Shown here in pieces: positions 17,430-25,129 of a stretch of 28,646 bases of DNA (positions within the stretch are counted from its first letter, which is position 1; each line of letters begins with the position of its first letter). This DNA is from Candidatus Krumholzibacteriia bacterium (GTDB lineage: Bacteria; Krumholzibacteriota; Krumholzibacteriia; WVZY01): positions 1 through 28,646 of the forward strand of contig JBHHVD010000039.1 of the NCBI GenBank assembly GCA_046754105.1, written 5' to 3'. Made by a program: the position numbers and the translations under genes. The notes below the pieces were generated by a model. The model saw only the letters and a program-made list of their open reading frames with translations. It was not told the origin of the DNA and ran no database searches.

Positions 17430-18803
17430 CTATCTTGTACCGGTGATGGTTTCGAGTGACTGGCCGATCAGTCGCTCCATGTCGGCGCTCGAGCGGTGGT
17501 AGTCGGCCAGTGCGTTGATATACTCTGCTTTCGCTTCGAAAAGTGTACGCTGTGCATCCAGCAGATCCAGAAAACCGAATTTTCCGCGTTGATACCCCTG
17601 ACTGGTCATGTCGTAGGCACTCTGGGCAGCCGGCAAGACGTCGTCTCGCAGCGCGGTGGCAACCGTGTAGGCCGTGCTGAGCGCCTGGTACGTCTCGGCG
17701 AACGCGGCATCCGTTCGTGTTCGTGCTGCCTGCGCCTCTGCTCGCGCCTGGCCCAGGCGGTAGCGGGTCTCCAGGGCTTTCCCCTGGTTCCGATTGAAGA
17801 GCGGGATTGGAATGCCCAACCCGACAACCAGGGCACTTTCGTCGATCTCGCTCAGGTGCTTGCCGCCCAAGACGATCGTGAGGTTCGGAATCTTCGCGGC
17901 ATCGGCGAGGTTGATGGCTGCTTGCCTTCCGTCGAATTCCGTTGCCCAGCGGGCGATGTCGGGATTGTGTCCGGTCAGGTCGGCGAGCTGATCGGCGTTC
18001 GGCACGGGAACGATCTCGTCGAGACTGCCTTCCGCGTTGTCGAAGACCGGCGAGCGGCTTCCCCACAGAGCGGCCAGCCGCTTCCGGGCCGCTTCCAGCT
18101 CGCGTCTCGCACGCTCCAACTCCAGCCGAGTGGTATGGAGGGTAACCGTGGCCTTGGTCTCCTCGACGGGTGAATCCTTGCCGGCGCGAACCCGCGTCGA
18201 AACACTGGCCACCGCCTGTTCCGCCAGCTCCAGGAGCTCTGTTGTTAGCGCCACACGGTCCTGCGCACTCAAGACGTCGACGAACGCCCTGGCCACGCCT
18301 ACGCAGACGTCGAGCCGCTTCGCTTCGTAATCCCAACCCGACAAGTTGTGCTCGAGACTTGCCAGTTGCTTTCGCTTATCGCGCTTGCCGCCCAGCTCGA
18401 TCAATTGCCCGAGGAGGATCGTGGTTTCGGCTCCGTCGAATCCTCTCAGCGCGCCCGTACCCGAGAAGTTCTCCATTTCGAATTCGAATTCCGGATTCGG
18501 AAGAAGGCCTGCCTGGAGGACCAGCGCCTCCCGGGCGCGAACATTCCACGAGAACCCCGCGAGCTCGGCGTTCCCGGCCAGCGCCAACGCCAACGCTTCG
18601 CGCAACGTCAAGGCCCCGGTTGGTTCCTGGAAAGCCTGCGATGGGGGCCCCTGACTCGCTGGATCCTCGGGAGCCTCAAACGCCGGAATGTCTTTGCCGA
18701 GTGGCCGCGGCTCCGGCCAGGCGGCCTCTAACTTGTGCGAGGCGCACCCGCTCAAGCCGATAACCCCTGCAACACCCAGGGGTACCACGTATCGTACGAA
18801 CAT
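17430..18803 (-). CDS. czcC: CzcC/TolC-family outer-membrane efflux lipoprotein
   Basis: Lipobox LSGC, QAGLLPNP, QLIELGGKR, IPIPLFNRNQG and GKFGFLDLLDAQRTL. Confidence 0.93.
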   Translation of the reverse strand: MFVRYVVPLGVAGVIGLSGCASHKLEAAWPEPRPLGKDIPAFEAPEDPASQGPPSQAFQEPTGALTLREALALALAGNAELAGFSWNVRAREALVLQAGLLPNPEFEFEMENFSGTGALRGFDGAETTILLGQLIELGGKRDKRKQLASLEHNLSGWDYEAKRLDVCVGVARAFVDVLSAQDRVALTTELLELAEQAVASVSTRVRAGKDSPVEETKATVTLHTTRLELERARRELEAARKRLAALWGSRSPVFDNAEGSLDEIVPVPNADQLADLTGHNPDIARWATEFDGRQAAINLADAAKIPNLTIVLGGKHLSEIDESALVVGLGIPIPLFNRNQGKALETRYRLGQARAEAQAARTRTDAAFAETYQALSTAYTVATALRDDVLPAAQSAYDMTSQGYQRGKFGFLDLLDAQRTLFEAKAEYINALADYHRSSADMERLIGQSLETITGTR

Positions 18804-18958
18804 AAAAACTCTCCTGACGCTGAAGACATAATCTGGGGATGTCTGTCTTTTTCACGGCGATTGATCCGCGCTCGCTGTTCGCGGCTCGTGGAAAGACAAA
18901 CACCACATGCCGGCGCCCCGCGGGACCCGGCTGACACGACAGAACTGTCGCTGATAAT

Positions 18959-19375
18959 CTAGATCCGGAGAATCGTGGTTTTGATGGGAATGAGGGCGGC
19001 GTCTTTCGCGACGTAACGGGTGACGGAAAGGATCTCCGTCTCGATCGAGATGGGGTTGAAAGGGAGCCTGGCACTGCCGAGCGCGGCTACACTGACGTCC
19101 CCGTTTTTGGCTGGCCTCGTAACCGGAGCTGGCGAGATGAGGCTGTCTGTGCACGGGCCGCACGAATTGCCGCGTTCCGAGGCGGGGGATGCTGTGCCCA
19201 GAACGACCGTCGACTCAGTCGCGGGTTTCGTGGTCCCAAAGCAGCACTTGTCCGCCAAAGCCTCGTATTCGACCTTTCCGGCCGGTTCGACGCACATGAC
19301 CACGCCAGGAAGCGTGCCCTGGCTGGTGAAGGCGATAATCAGGATCCAAAGTATCGGGGACAATCGGGTCTTCAT
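18959..19375 (-). CDS. Cys-rich exported small protein upstream of czcC (138 aa)
   Basis: Signal-like N-terminus MKTRLSPILWILIIAF, then VMCVE, KCC, CGPC (CxxC) and C-terminal IKTTILRI. TTGCGA-N16-TAAACT sits 7 nt before the ATG with no RBS. Confidence 0.7.
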   Translation of the reverse strand: MKTRLSPILWILIIAFTSQGTLPGVVMCVEPAGKVEYEALADKCCFGTTKPATESTVVLGTASPASERGNSCGPCTDSLISPAPVTRPAKNGDVSVAALGSARLPFNPISIETEILSVTRYVAKDAALIPIKTTILRI

Positions 19376-19406
19376 AGTTGACAGTTTAGCCTGTGGATCG
19401 CGGCTC

Positions 19407-19570
19407 GCAAAAGCCGTTCTGACCGTTGCGGTTTGTACACGTCGGCGCCTCAGAGGTTCCCTTCCCGCTTGTCCGTGCGTGCCCACAGAATCGCGACAAA
19501 AGAGGATGGCAGATCTCGTAGTCGGCTGTCACAACGTGCGTTATCGTCACGCCGTCAGAAGCGGTTTTGC
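19407..19570. mobile_element. 164-bp segment bounded by imperfect 17-bp inverted repeats (MITE-like or att-arm)
   Basis: GCAAAAGCCGTTCTGAC (19407-19423) versus GTCAGAAGCGGTTTTGC (19554-19570): 14/17 complementary. Confidence 0.4.
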
Positions 19571-19605
19571 TAAGTCCGCTGCGTCTACCATTCCGCCACT
19601 CCGGC
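19571..19605 (-). tRNA. Orphan 5' half of a tRNA-Leu (pseudo-tRNA, broken in the anticodon loop)
   Basis: GCCGGAG-TG-GCGGAATGGTAGACGC-A-GCGGA-CTTA gives the acceptor 5' strand, a Leu-type D arm and the anticodon stem. No T arm or 3' acceptor strand follows. Confidence 0.8.
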
Positions 19606-19656
19606 GCCGCCGTATGGGTCCAGCGTTGCCTCCCACAGCCCCTCCGCCCCGCGAGC

Positions 19657-19761
19657 TTCTATTCCCCCATAACCTGCCTTATCTCGTCATAAGCAGCCAT
19701 ATCGCTTATAAGGGACTTATATCGCGATAAGGACCCCTAAGGGAGTTTATGGGAGCTTATA
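19657..19761. repeat. Helically phased array of short TTAT/ATAA-type cores
   Basis: About 11 AT cores at ~10-bp spacing separated by GC spacers, with nested inverted symmetry. Confidence 0.6.
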
Positions 19762-19800
19762 GCGCAAATGCTACCACACCGAGCGATCCGGTCTCGACGA

Positions 19801-19873
19801 CCGGGGCCCTCGAGCCCACCTCCTGGTGGCCGGGTTGAAAATGGTCCCCGGTTCACGAAAGGACCCAGAATCA
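19801..19873 (+). repeat. Imperfect direct repeat, copy A
   Basis: CCGGGGCCCTCGAGCCCACCT...CCAGAATCA; 29 of the first 34 nt match 23056 onward. Confidence 0.75.
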
Positions 19874-19959
19874 AATAGGGATCACAGGCAGGTAGAGCCA
19901 TTCTTCGCAGGTCCACAGGTAGATGATGTCTGCGGCGATTCCCACGCTGCACCCTGTCC

Positions 19960-21192
19960 TTACGTCTTCACGCCGGGCCCGCTGTGCCGGCCGTTCAACG
20001 AAGCGCGGAGCACGGCATAGCCCAATAGTCCGGAAACCAGCGAACCGATCAGGATGCCGAGCCGCTCCAGGCCTAAGTAAGCGGCGCCACCCTGCTCAAA
20101 CGCCAACGACGCGATGAACAGGCTCATCGTGAAACCGATGCCGCACAACAACGCCGTGCCGTAGAGCTGCCTCCAGCCCACTCCTTCCGGGGGCGAGGCG
20201 ATGCCCAGGCGCACCGCAAGCCCGGACATCGCCAGGATCCCGATTTGTTTACCGAAGAACAATCCCGCCACGATGCCGAGCGGAACCGGATGAAGCGCTT
20301 CGGCGAGGGAGAGTCCGATGACCGGCACGCCCGCGTTGGCGAAGGCAAATACCGGCAGCACGCCAAAGGCCACCCACGGATGCAGCGCGTGCTCGAGGTG
20401 ACGCAAGAACGACCCGGACACGCGTGTAGAAGGAGACGGCACGCGCAGCGGGATGAACATTGCCAGGATGACGCCTGCCAGCGTAGCGTGCACGCCGGAC
20501 TTCAAGAGCGCCACCCACAGCGGAAGGCCGATGAGGAAATAGGCGGCCGGCCTCGTCACCCCGAACCGATTGAGGCAAGCGAGGCCAACGACGAGAACCG
20601 CCGCAATAACGAGGGAAAGCACCGACAGCTTGGCCGTATAGAAGACGGCAATCACGACGATTGCCCCGAGGTCGTCGAAGATGGCGACGCTTAGCAGGAA
20701 GGCTTTGAGCCCCGTCGGAACCCGGTTTCCCAGGAGGGAAAGAACCCCCAACGCGAAGGCAATGTCGGTCGCCGTCGGGATCGCCCACCCCCGCATCGCG
20801 ACCGGATCCCCCCAGTTTGACGCCGCATAAATCGCTGCGGGCGCCAGCATTCCGCCAAGGGCGGCGAAAGCCGGCAGGCTCGCCTGCCGCGGGCTCGACA
20901 AGTGCCCCTCGACCACTTCCCGCTTCAGTTCCATGCCCACGAGGAGGAAGAAGACCGCCATCAAGCCGTCGTTGATCCAAAGCAACAACGGCTTGGAAAT
21001 GCCGTAGGCGCCGATTCTGACCTCGAGGGGAAGCTCCAGCAACGCCTGGTAGTAAACGGCGAGAGGCGAGTTGGCGACGACCATTGCCAGCACCGCCGCG
21101 ACCATCAAGAGCAACCCGCCCGCAGCTTCCAGGCGGAAGAAATCTTGGAGCGGCCGTACCTTGTCCGTCAGGCGGGGTGTGCGCGTTTGCAC
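19960..21192 (-). CDS. nhaA: Na+/H+ antiporter NhaA
   Basis: WINDGLMAVFF, ELKREV, GWAIPTATDIAF, AIFDDLGAI (catalytic DD), SGVHAT, FAFANAG and GIGFTMSLFI. GTG 21192 is preferred because ATG 21231 overlaps the upstream gene. Confidence 0.95.
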   Translation of the reverse strand: MQTRTPRLTDKVRPLQDFFRLEAAGGLLLMVAAVLAMVVANSPLAVYYQALLELPLEVRIGAYGISKPLLLWINDGLMAVFFLLVGMELKREVVEGHLSSPRQASLPAFAALGGMLAPAAIYAASNWGDPVAMRGWAIPTATDIAFALGVLSLLGNRVPTGLKAFLLSVAIFDDLGAIVVIAVFYTAKLSVLSLVIAAVLVVGLACLNRFGVTRPAAYFLIGLPLWVALLKSGVHATLAGVILAMFIPLRVPSPSTRVSGSFLRHLEHALHPWVAFGVLPVFAFANAGVPVIGLSLAEALHPVPLGIVAGLFFGKQIGILAMSGLAVRLGIASPPEGVGWRQLYGTALLCGIGFTMSLFIASLAFEQGGAAYLGLERLGILIGSLVSGLLGYAVLRASLNGRHSGPGVKT

Positions 21193-21217
21193 CTCTCCGA
21201 CGCGCTCCCGCCGGCCG

Positions 21218-21397
21218 TTAGAACAAGGCATAGATGAACGGTGCGAGCGCGGACCCTTCGGTAAACACGATGAGCATGCTCAGCAGCAGCAGGAACATCA
21301 TTATCGGCCCCAGCCACCACTTCTTGCGGACTCTCATGTAGGCCCACAGCTCGGCAAGGATGCCGACCCGGGCCTTGAGATCTTGAATCATCCCCAT
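21218..21397 (-). CDS. DUF5989/SxtK-like small membrane protein (59 aa, missing from the ORF track)
   Basis: MGMIQDLKARVGILAELWAYMRVRKKWWLGPIMMFLLLLSMLIVFTEGSALAPFIYALF; AGGAG RBS; RKKWWL and APFIY signatures. Confidence 0.88.
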   Translation of the reverse strand: MGMIQDLKARVGILAELWAYMRVRKKWWLGPIMMFLLLLSMLIVFTEGSALAPFIYALF

Positions 21398-21485
21398 GCC
21401 GGAAAACTCCTGCGGTTACTTGTGAACGCGAACAGATCGAAGATACCCGGGCGGCCGTCCACAGAATCGACCGCCGTGCAAAAAG

Positions 21486-21746
21486 TCATCCTGCCCGCCC
21501 GGATGAGCTAACGGGTTGCCCCTCTCGCGCCGACTGGCACTCGAGGCAGCGTGTTGCCTCCGGTCTTGCGCGCAGACGCGCCTTCGGGATATCCGTGCCA
21601 CAATCCGCGCAAACGCCGTAGGTACCTTCAGCCAGACGAAGCAACGCCTCCTTGGCCTCCAATGCCCGCTGCTCGGCATACGCCGTGCTTCGATCCTTCA
21701 TCAGTTCGTACAGGACCGTCCTGATGGTCTCCTTGTCCTTTGGCAT
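21486..21746 (-). CDS. Short TraR/DksA C4-type zinc-finger protein
   Basis: ALLRLAEGTYGVCADCGTDIPKARLRARPEATRCLECQ; the start at MPKDK is a judgement call. Confidence 0.85.
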   Translation of the reverse strand: MPKDKETIRTVLYELMKDRSTAYAEQRALEAKEALLRLAEGTYGVCADCGTDIPKARLRARPEATRCLECQSAREGQPVSSSGRAG

Positions 21747-21807
21747 CGTTACACCCCATTCCATGACGTTGTCCCTCGCTTGGGAACCCCGGGCCGCGGC
21801 GATCGTG

Positions 21808-22062
21808 CTAGTTGCGGGTGGCATCCTCGATGAGATCCCGCGGATCTACGGGGTCCCCTTCGAGTCCGATGGACCGGATCACGCTCTGGAGGGTCTGGAA
21901 CGCTTCGAGATCCAGGGCGCACTCGTTGCAGCAGAAGAGATGCTCCTCGAACCACCGCTTCGCCGGGGGTTCCAGTTCGTTGTCGAAGTAGGCGCTTGCG
22001 AGAACGCCCCATTGGCACGACACGGCTTCCCCCTGTGGGCACCGGTCAATCAGATCGTTCAC
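21808..22062 (-). CDS. Stand-alone zf-HC2 (ZAS anti-sigma-like) domain protein
   Basis: SAYFDNEL......FEEHLFCCNEC (HxxxCxxC); GGAG RBS before the GTG. Confidence 0.75.
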   Translation of the reverse strand: MNDLIDRCPQGEAVSCQWGVLASAYFDNELEPPAKRWFEEHLFCCNECALDLEAFQTLQSVIRSIGLEGDPVDPRDLIEDATRN

Positions 22063-22110
22063 CGGTTAATATACTCCAGAAAGCGCGATAGGATTCATAG
22101 ATAATTTGTC

Positions 22111-22139
22111 TTGATACATAGTTATATCCTATGTATAGT
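22111..22139 (+). promoter_or_regulatory. nhaR promoter overlapped by a LysR box
   Basis: TTGATA-N17-TATAGT. The perfect inverted repeat ATACATAG-N7-CTATGTAT (22114-22136) contains T-N11-A. Confidence 0.75.
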
Positions 22140-22145
22140 TGTGAC

Positions 22146-23045
22146 ATGGAAAGGCTCAACTATCATCATCTCTTCTACTTCTGGGTGGTGGCCAGAGAGG
22201 GAACGATCGCGGCCGCGTGCAAAGAGCTCCACGTCGCGCAGCCGACGATTTCTGCCCAGTTACGGGCACTCGAAGACGCAATCGGCCGCAAGCTGTTTAC
22301 GCGCGCGGGGCGCCGCCTGGTCCTCACGGATACGGGCCGCACCGTGTATCGATACGCAGACGGCATGTTTGCCCTGGGCCGGGAACTGATGGGCGCATTG
22401 GAGTCCGGGCACGGCGGCACTCGCCAGCGGATTCACGTAGGCATAGCAGACGTCCTGCCGAAGCTGGTCGTCTACCGGCTGCTCGAAGCCGTCTCGACCC
22501 TCGATGAACCTGTGCGGCTGGTCTGTCATGAGGCGCCGGCAACGGAGTTGCTCGGCCGATTGGTGACCCACGAGTTGGACGTGGTCTTGTCCGACGGCCC
22601 CATTGCGCCGGAGGTCAGCGTGCGCGCGTTCAATCATCTGCTGGGAAAATGCGGGGTTTCCATCATGGGCACGAAAGAGTTGGCCACGGCCCGTCGCCGG
22701 CGCACATTTCCCGGCTCGCTCGACGGAGCGCCCTTCCTTCTGCCCACAAGGAACACGACGCTGCGATCGGCTCTCGACGAATGGTTTGATGCGGAGAAGA
22801 TCCATCCATCGGTCGTCGCCGAAATTTCAGACAGCGCCCTGCTGAAAGTATTCGGGCAGGCCGGTGGGGGGCTCTTCGCCGTACCCGAGGTCGTCGAGCA
22901 GGATGTCCGGCGTCAGTACCGCGTGCGGGTCCTGGGCCGTGTACCGTCCATCGAAGAGCGATTTTTTGCGATCTCCATCGGGAAAAAGCCGAAACACCCT
23001 GCCGTCGCCGCGATTACCGGCGCGGTCAGCGAGTTCTTCCAATGA
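22146..23045 (+). CDS. nhaR: LysR-family regulator NhaR
   Basis: MERLNYHHLFYFWVVAREG, QPTISAQL, VGIADVLPKLVVYRLL, HELDVVLSD, FNHLLG and DSALLKVFGQ; divergent from the nhaA operon. Confidence 0.93.
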   Translation: MERLNYHHLFYFWVVAREGTIAAACKELHVAQPTISAQLRALEDAIGRKLFTRAGRRLVLTDTGRTVYRYADGMFALGRELMGALESGHGGTRQRIHVGIADVLPKLVVYRLLEAVSTLDEPVRLVCHEAPATELLGRLVTHELDVVLSDGPIAPEVSVRAFNHLLGKCGVSIMGTKELATARRRRTFPGSLDGAPFLLPTRNTTLRSALDEWFDAEKIHPSVVAEISDSALLKVFGQAGGGLFAVPEVVEQDVRRQYRVRVLGRVPSIEERFFAISIGKKPKHPAVAAITGAVSEFFQ

Positions 23046-23055
23046 GAGATCGCCG

Positions 23056-23129
23056 CCGGGGCCCTTGAGCCCACCTGTTGGCCGCCGGGCGACAGACGGG
23101 CCCGGTTTCACAAGAAGCGGCCAGAATCA
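23056..23129 (+). repeat. Imperfect direct repeat, copy B (plus a 12-bp partial copy at 23141-23152)
   Basis: CCGGGGCCCTTGAGCCCACCT...CCAGAATCA; CGGGGCCCTCGA recurs at 23141. Confidence 0.75.
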
Positions 23130-23222
23130 GTTGCGGGACGCGGGGCCCTCGACTAGAATATCAGCTCGGATATCCTCCCAAAACGGATTCGTCCACACAC
23201 CCCCGGTAAGAGAAACTGAGCC

Positions 23223-24551
23223 GTGAGCAAAATCATCGCCCGGAGCGCCGCATCATCGTCCAAGGCCGGCATCGACATCACGGCCGAGTACACGCAGGTC
23301 AAACAGCTCGTGGACGGCGGGCAGCCCGTCGTCTTCGTCACCGGCAAGGCGGGCACGGGCAAGTCGACGTTGATTCGCTACCTCCGCGACGTCGTCCGCG
23401 GCAATTGCGTCGTCCTGGCCCCCACGGGCGTGGCCGCGATGAATATCGGGGGCGCGACGATCCATTCCTTCTTTCGCTTTCCGCCCAGGCGCCTGACCGA
23501 CGACGACGTCAAGGCGGTGCGCTACAAGACGCCCTACAAGAAACTGGATGTCCTCATCATCGACGAGGTGTCGATGGTGCGTGCCGATGTGCTGGATGCG
23601 ATCGACCGCTTTCTTCGGCGAAACGGCCCCAGAAAGAAGCTGCCCTTCGGCGGCGTGCAGGTCGTGCTCGTGGGCGACCTCCACCAGCTGCCGCCGGTGG
23701 TCTCGTCGGGCGAAGGCGCGGAGCATTTTGAGGCGGCCTACGAGAGCCCGTTCTTCTTTAGCAGCCGGGTGATGGCCGCGGCCGACGTGGCATCCGTCGA
23801 GCTGGCCCGCGTCTTCCGGCAGCGGGACGACGCGTTCATCGACATCCTGAACGGCATCCGGCTGGGCGCCCCGCCGCCGGAGCTTCTCGAACGCATCAAC
23901 GCGCGCGTCACCCCGGCGGTCGACCCGGACCGCGAGACGGTGCTCTCCACCACCAACCGCATCGCAGACCGCATCAACAAGCAGCGCCTGGCCGCCGTGC
24001 CCGGTCTCGCCCGGGTCTATGCCGGCACCACGAGTGGGAGTTTCCGCATGGCAAACGACCGTCTGCCGTCGCCGGCGGAGCTGCTCCTGAAGGAAGGCGC
24101 GCGGGTGATGTTCACGAAGAACGACAGCGAGGGACGCTGGGTAAACGGCTCACTGGGCGTCGTGGAGAAGCTCGCAAAGAAAAACGTTCTCGTGCAACTG
24201 GACGCCGGCGGCGAGACGGTGGAGGTGGCCAGGGCCATGTGGGAAACCTATCGCTACGAGTTCGACGCCGAAGAACAGGCCCACGTGCCCGTGGTCTCGG
24301 GGGCGTTCCAGCAGCTGCCGCTCACCCCGGCCTGGGCGATCACGATCCACAAGAGCCAGGGCAAAACCCTCTCGGCGGCGCGGATTGACCTGGGGCATTC
24401 GGTGTTCGCCCCGGGCCAGGTCTACGTGGCGCTCAGCCGCTGCCGGCGCCTCGAAGACGTGTCGCTCTCGCGGGCGATCACGCCCCACGATGTGTTTTGC
24501 GACGGGCGGGTGAGCACATTCTATGAGGGGATGTTCGGGCACGCTACGTGA
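23223..24551 (+). CDS. Pif1/RecD-like SF1B helicase
   Basis: GKAGTGKST, APTGVAA, TIHSFF, IIDEVSM, GDLHQLPPV, VFRQ, TIHKSQG and GQVYVALSR. Confidence 0.93.
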   Translation: MSKIIARSAASSSKAGIDITAEYTQVKQLVDGGQPVVFVTGKAGTGKSTLIRYLRDVVRGNCVVLAPTGVAAMNIGGATIHSFFRFPPRRLTDDDVKAVRYKTPYKKLDVLIIDEVSMVRADVLDAIDRFLRRNGPRKKLPFGGVQVVLVGDLHQLPPVVSSGEGAEHFEAAYESPFFFSSRVMAAADVASVELARVFRQRDDAFIDILNGIRLGAPPPELLERINARVTPAVDPDRETVLSTTNRIADRINKQRLAAVPGLARVYAGTTSGSFRMANDRLPSPAELLLKEGARVMFTKNDSEGRWVNGSLGVVEKLAKKNVLVQLDAGGETVEVARAMWETYRYEFDAEEQAHVPVVSGAFQQLPLTPAWAITIHKSQGKTLSAARIDLGHSVFAPGQVYVALSRCRRLEDVSLSRAITPHDVFCDGRVSTFYEGMFGHAT

Positions 24552-24594
24552 TCGTTCGTCCCGCGCGCGTCCGCTCCACGACGCCGCGAGTCCC

Positions 24595-25077
24595 CTACTC
24601 TCCCTCGAAAAACTCGACTTGCAGGATCTCGAATCGCTTCGTGCCCCGGGGCAGCGTGACCTCCACGACCTCGCCTTGCTTGTGGCTGAGCAGCGCCTTG
24701 GCCAGCGGGGACTGGTAACTGATGATACCCTTGTCGACGTCGGTCTCTCCCTCGCCCAGAATCGTGTACTCGCGTTCGTCTCCCGACCCGACGTCCTTGA
24801 TCCGTACTCGTTTGCCCAGGGTTACGACATCGGGCGCGAGGTCTTCCTTGCGCACGATCCGGGCCTTGCGAAACCGCTCCTGCAGCTGTCCCAGCCGGCC
24901 CATATGCAGCGCCTGTTTTTCCTTGGCCGCGAGGTACTCCGCGTTTTCCTTGAGGTCGCCGTGCTCGCGCGCGGCCGCGATTTCCTTGGAGATATCGTGC
25001 TTGAGTAGCTTCTCGAGCTTATCGATTTCGTCCTTGATTCTCCGGTAGCCGTTTTCGGTAAAGTAGTACTCGGTCAT
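24595..25077 (-). CDS. greA: Transcription elongation factor GreA
   Basis: AREHGDLKENAEY.AAKEKQ and ISYQSPLAKALL. Confidence 0.95.
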   Translation of the reverse strand: MTEYYFTENGYRRIKDEIDKLEKLLKHDISKEIAAAREHGDLKENAEYLAAKEKQALHMGRLGQLQERFRKARIVRKEDLAPDVVTLGKRVRIKDVGSGDEREYTILGEGETDVDKGIISYQSPLAKALLSHKQGEVVEVTLPRGTKRFEILQVEFFEGE

Positions 25078-25129
25078 GCAGTCCCTTTCCCAAGTGCAAA
25101 TCGCGGCAGCGACACGGCGCCGGCCTTGC

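Noticed and set aside
16435..18336. 633-aa ORF suggesting an unusually long CzcB
   Set aside because: The first ~307 aa are an off-frame read through czcC. The real start with an RBS is at 17415.
19380..19605. Group I intron in tRNA-Leu(UAA), since the break is near the known intron position
   Set aside because: No 3' exon (AAATCCGC...TTCGA...CCA) and no recognisable intron core downstream.
19657..19873. CRISPR array or integron attC sites
   Set aside because: No identical repeats with unique spacers, no RYYYAAC/GTTRRRY ends, and no cas or intI gene.
21193..21231. NhaA start at ATG 21231, as in the ORF track
   Set aside because: It lies inside the DUF5989-like gene and adds a non-NhaA-like extension.
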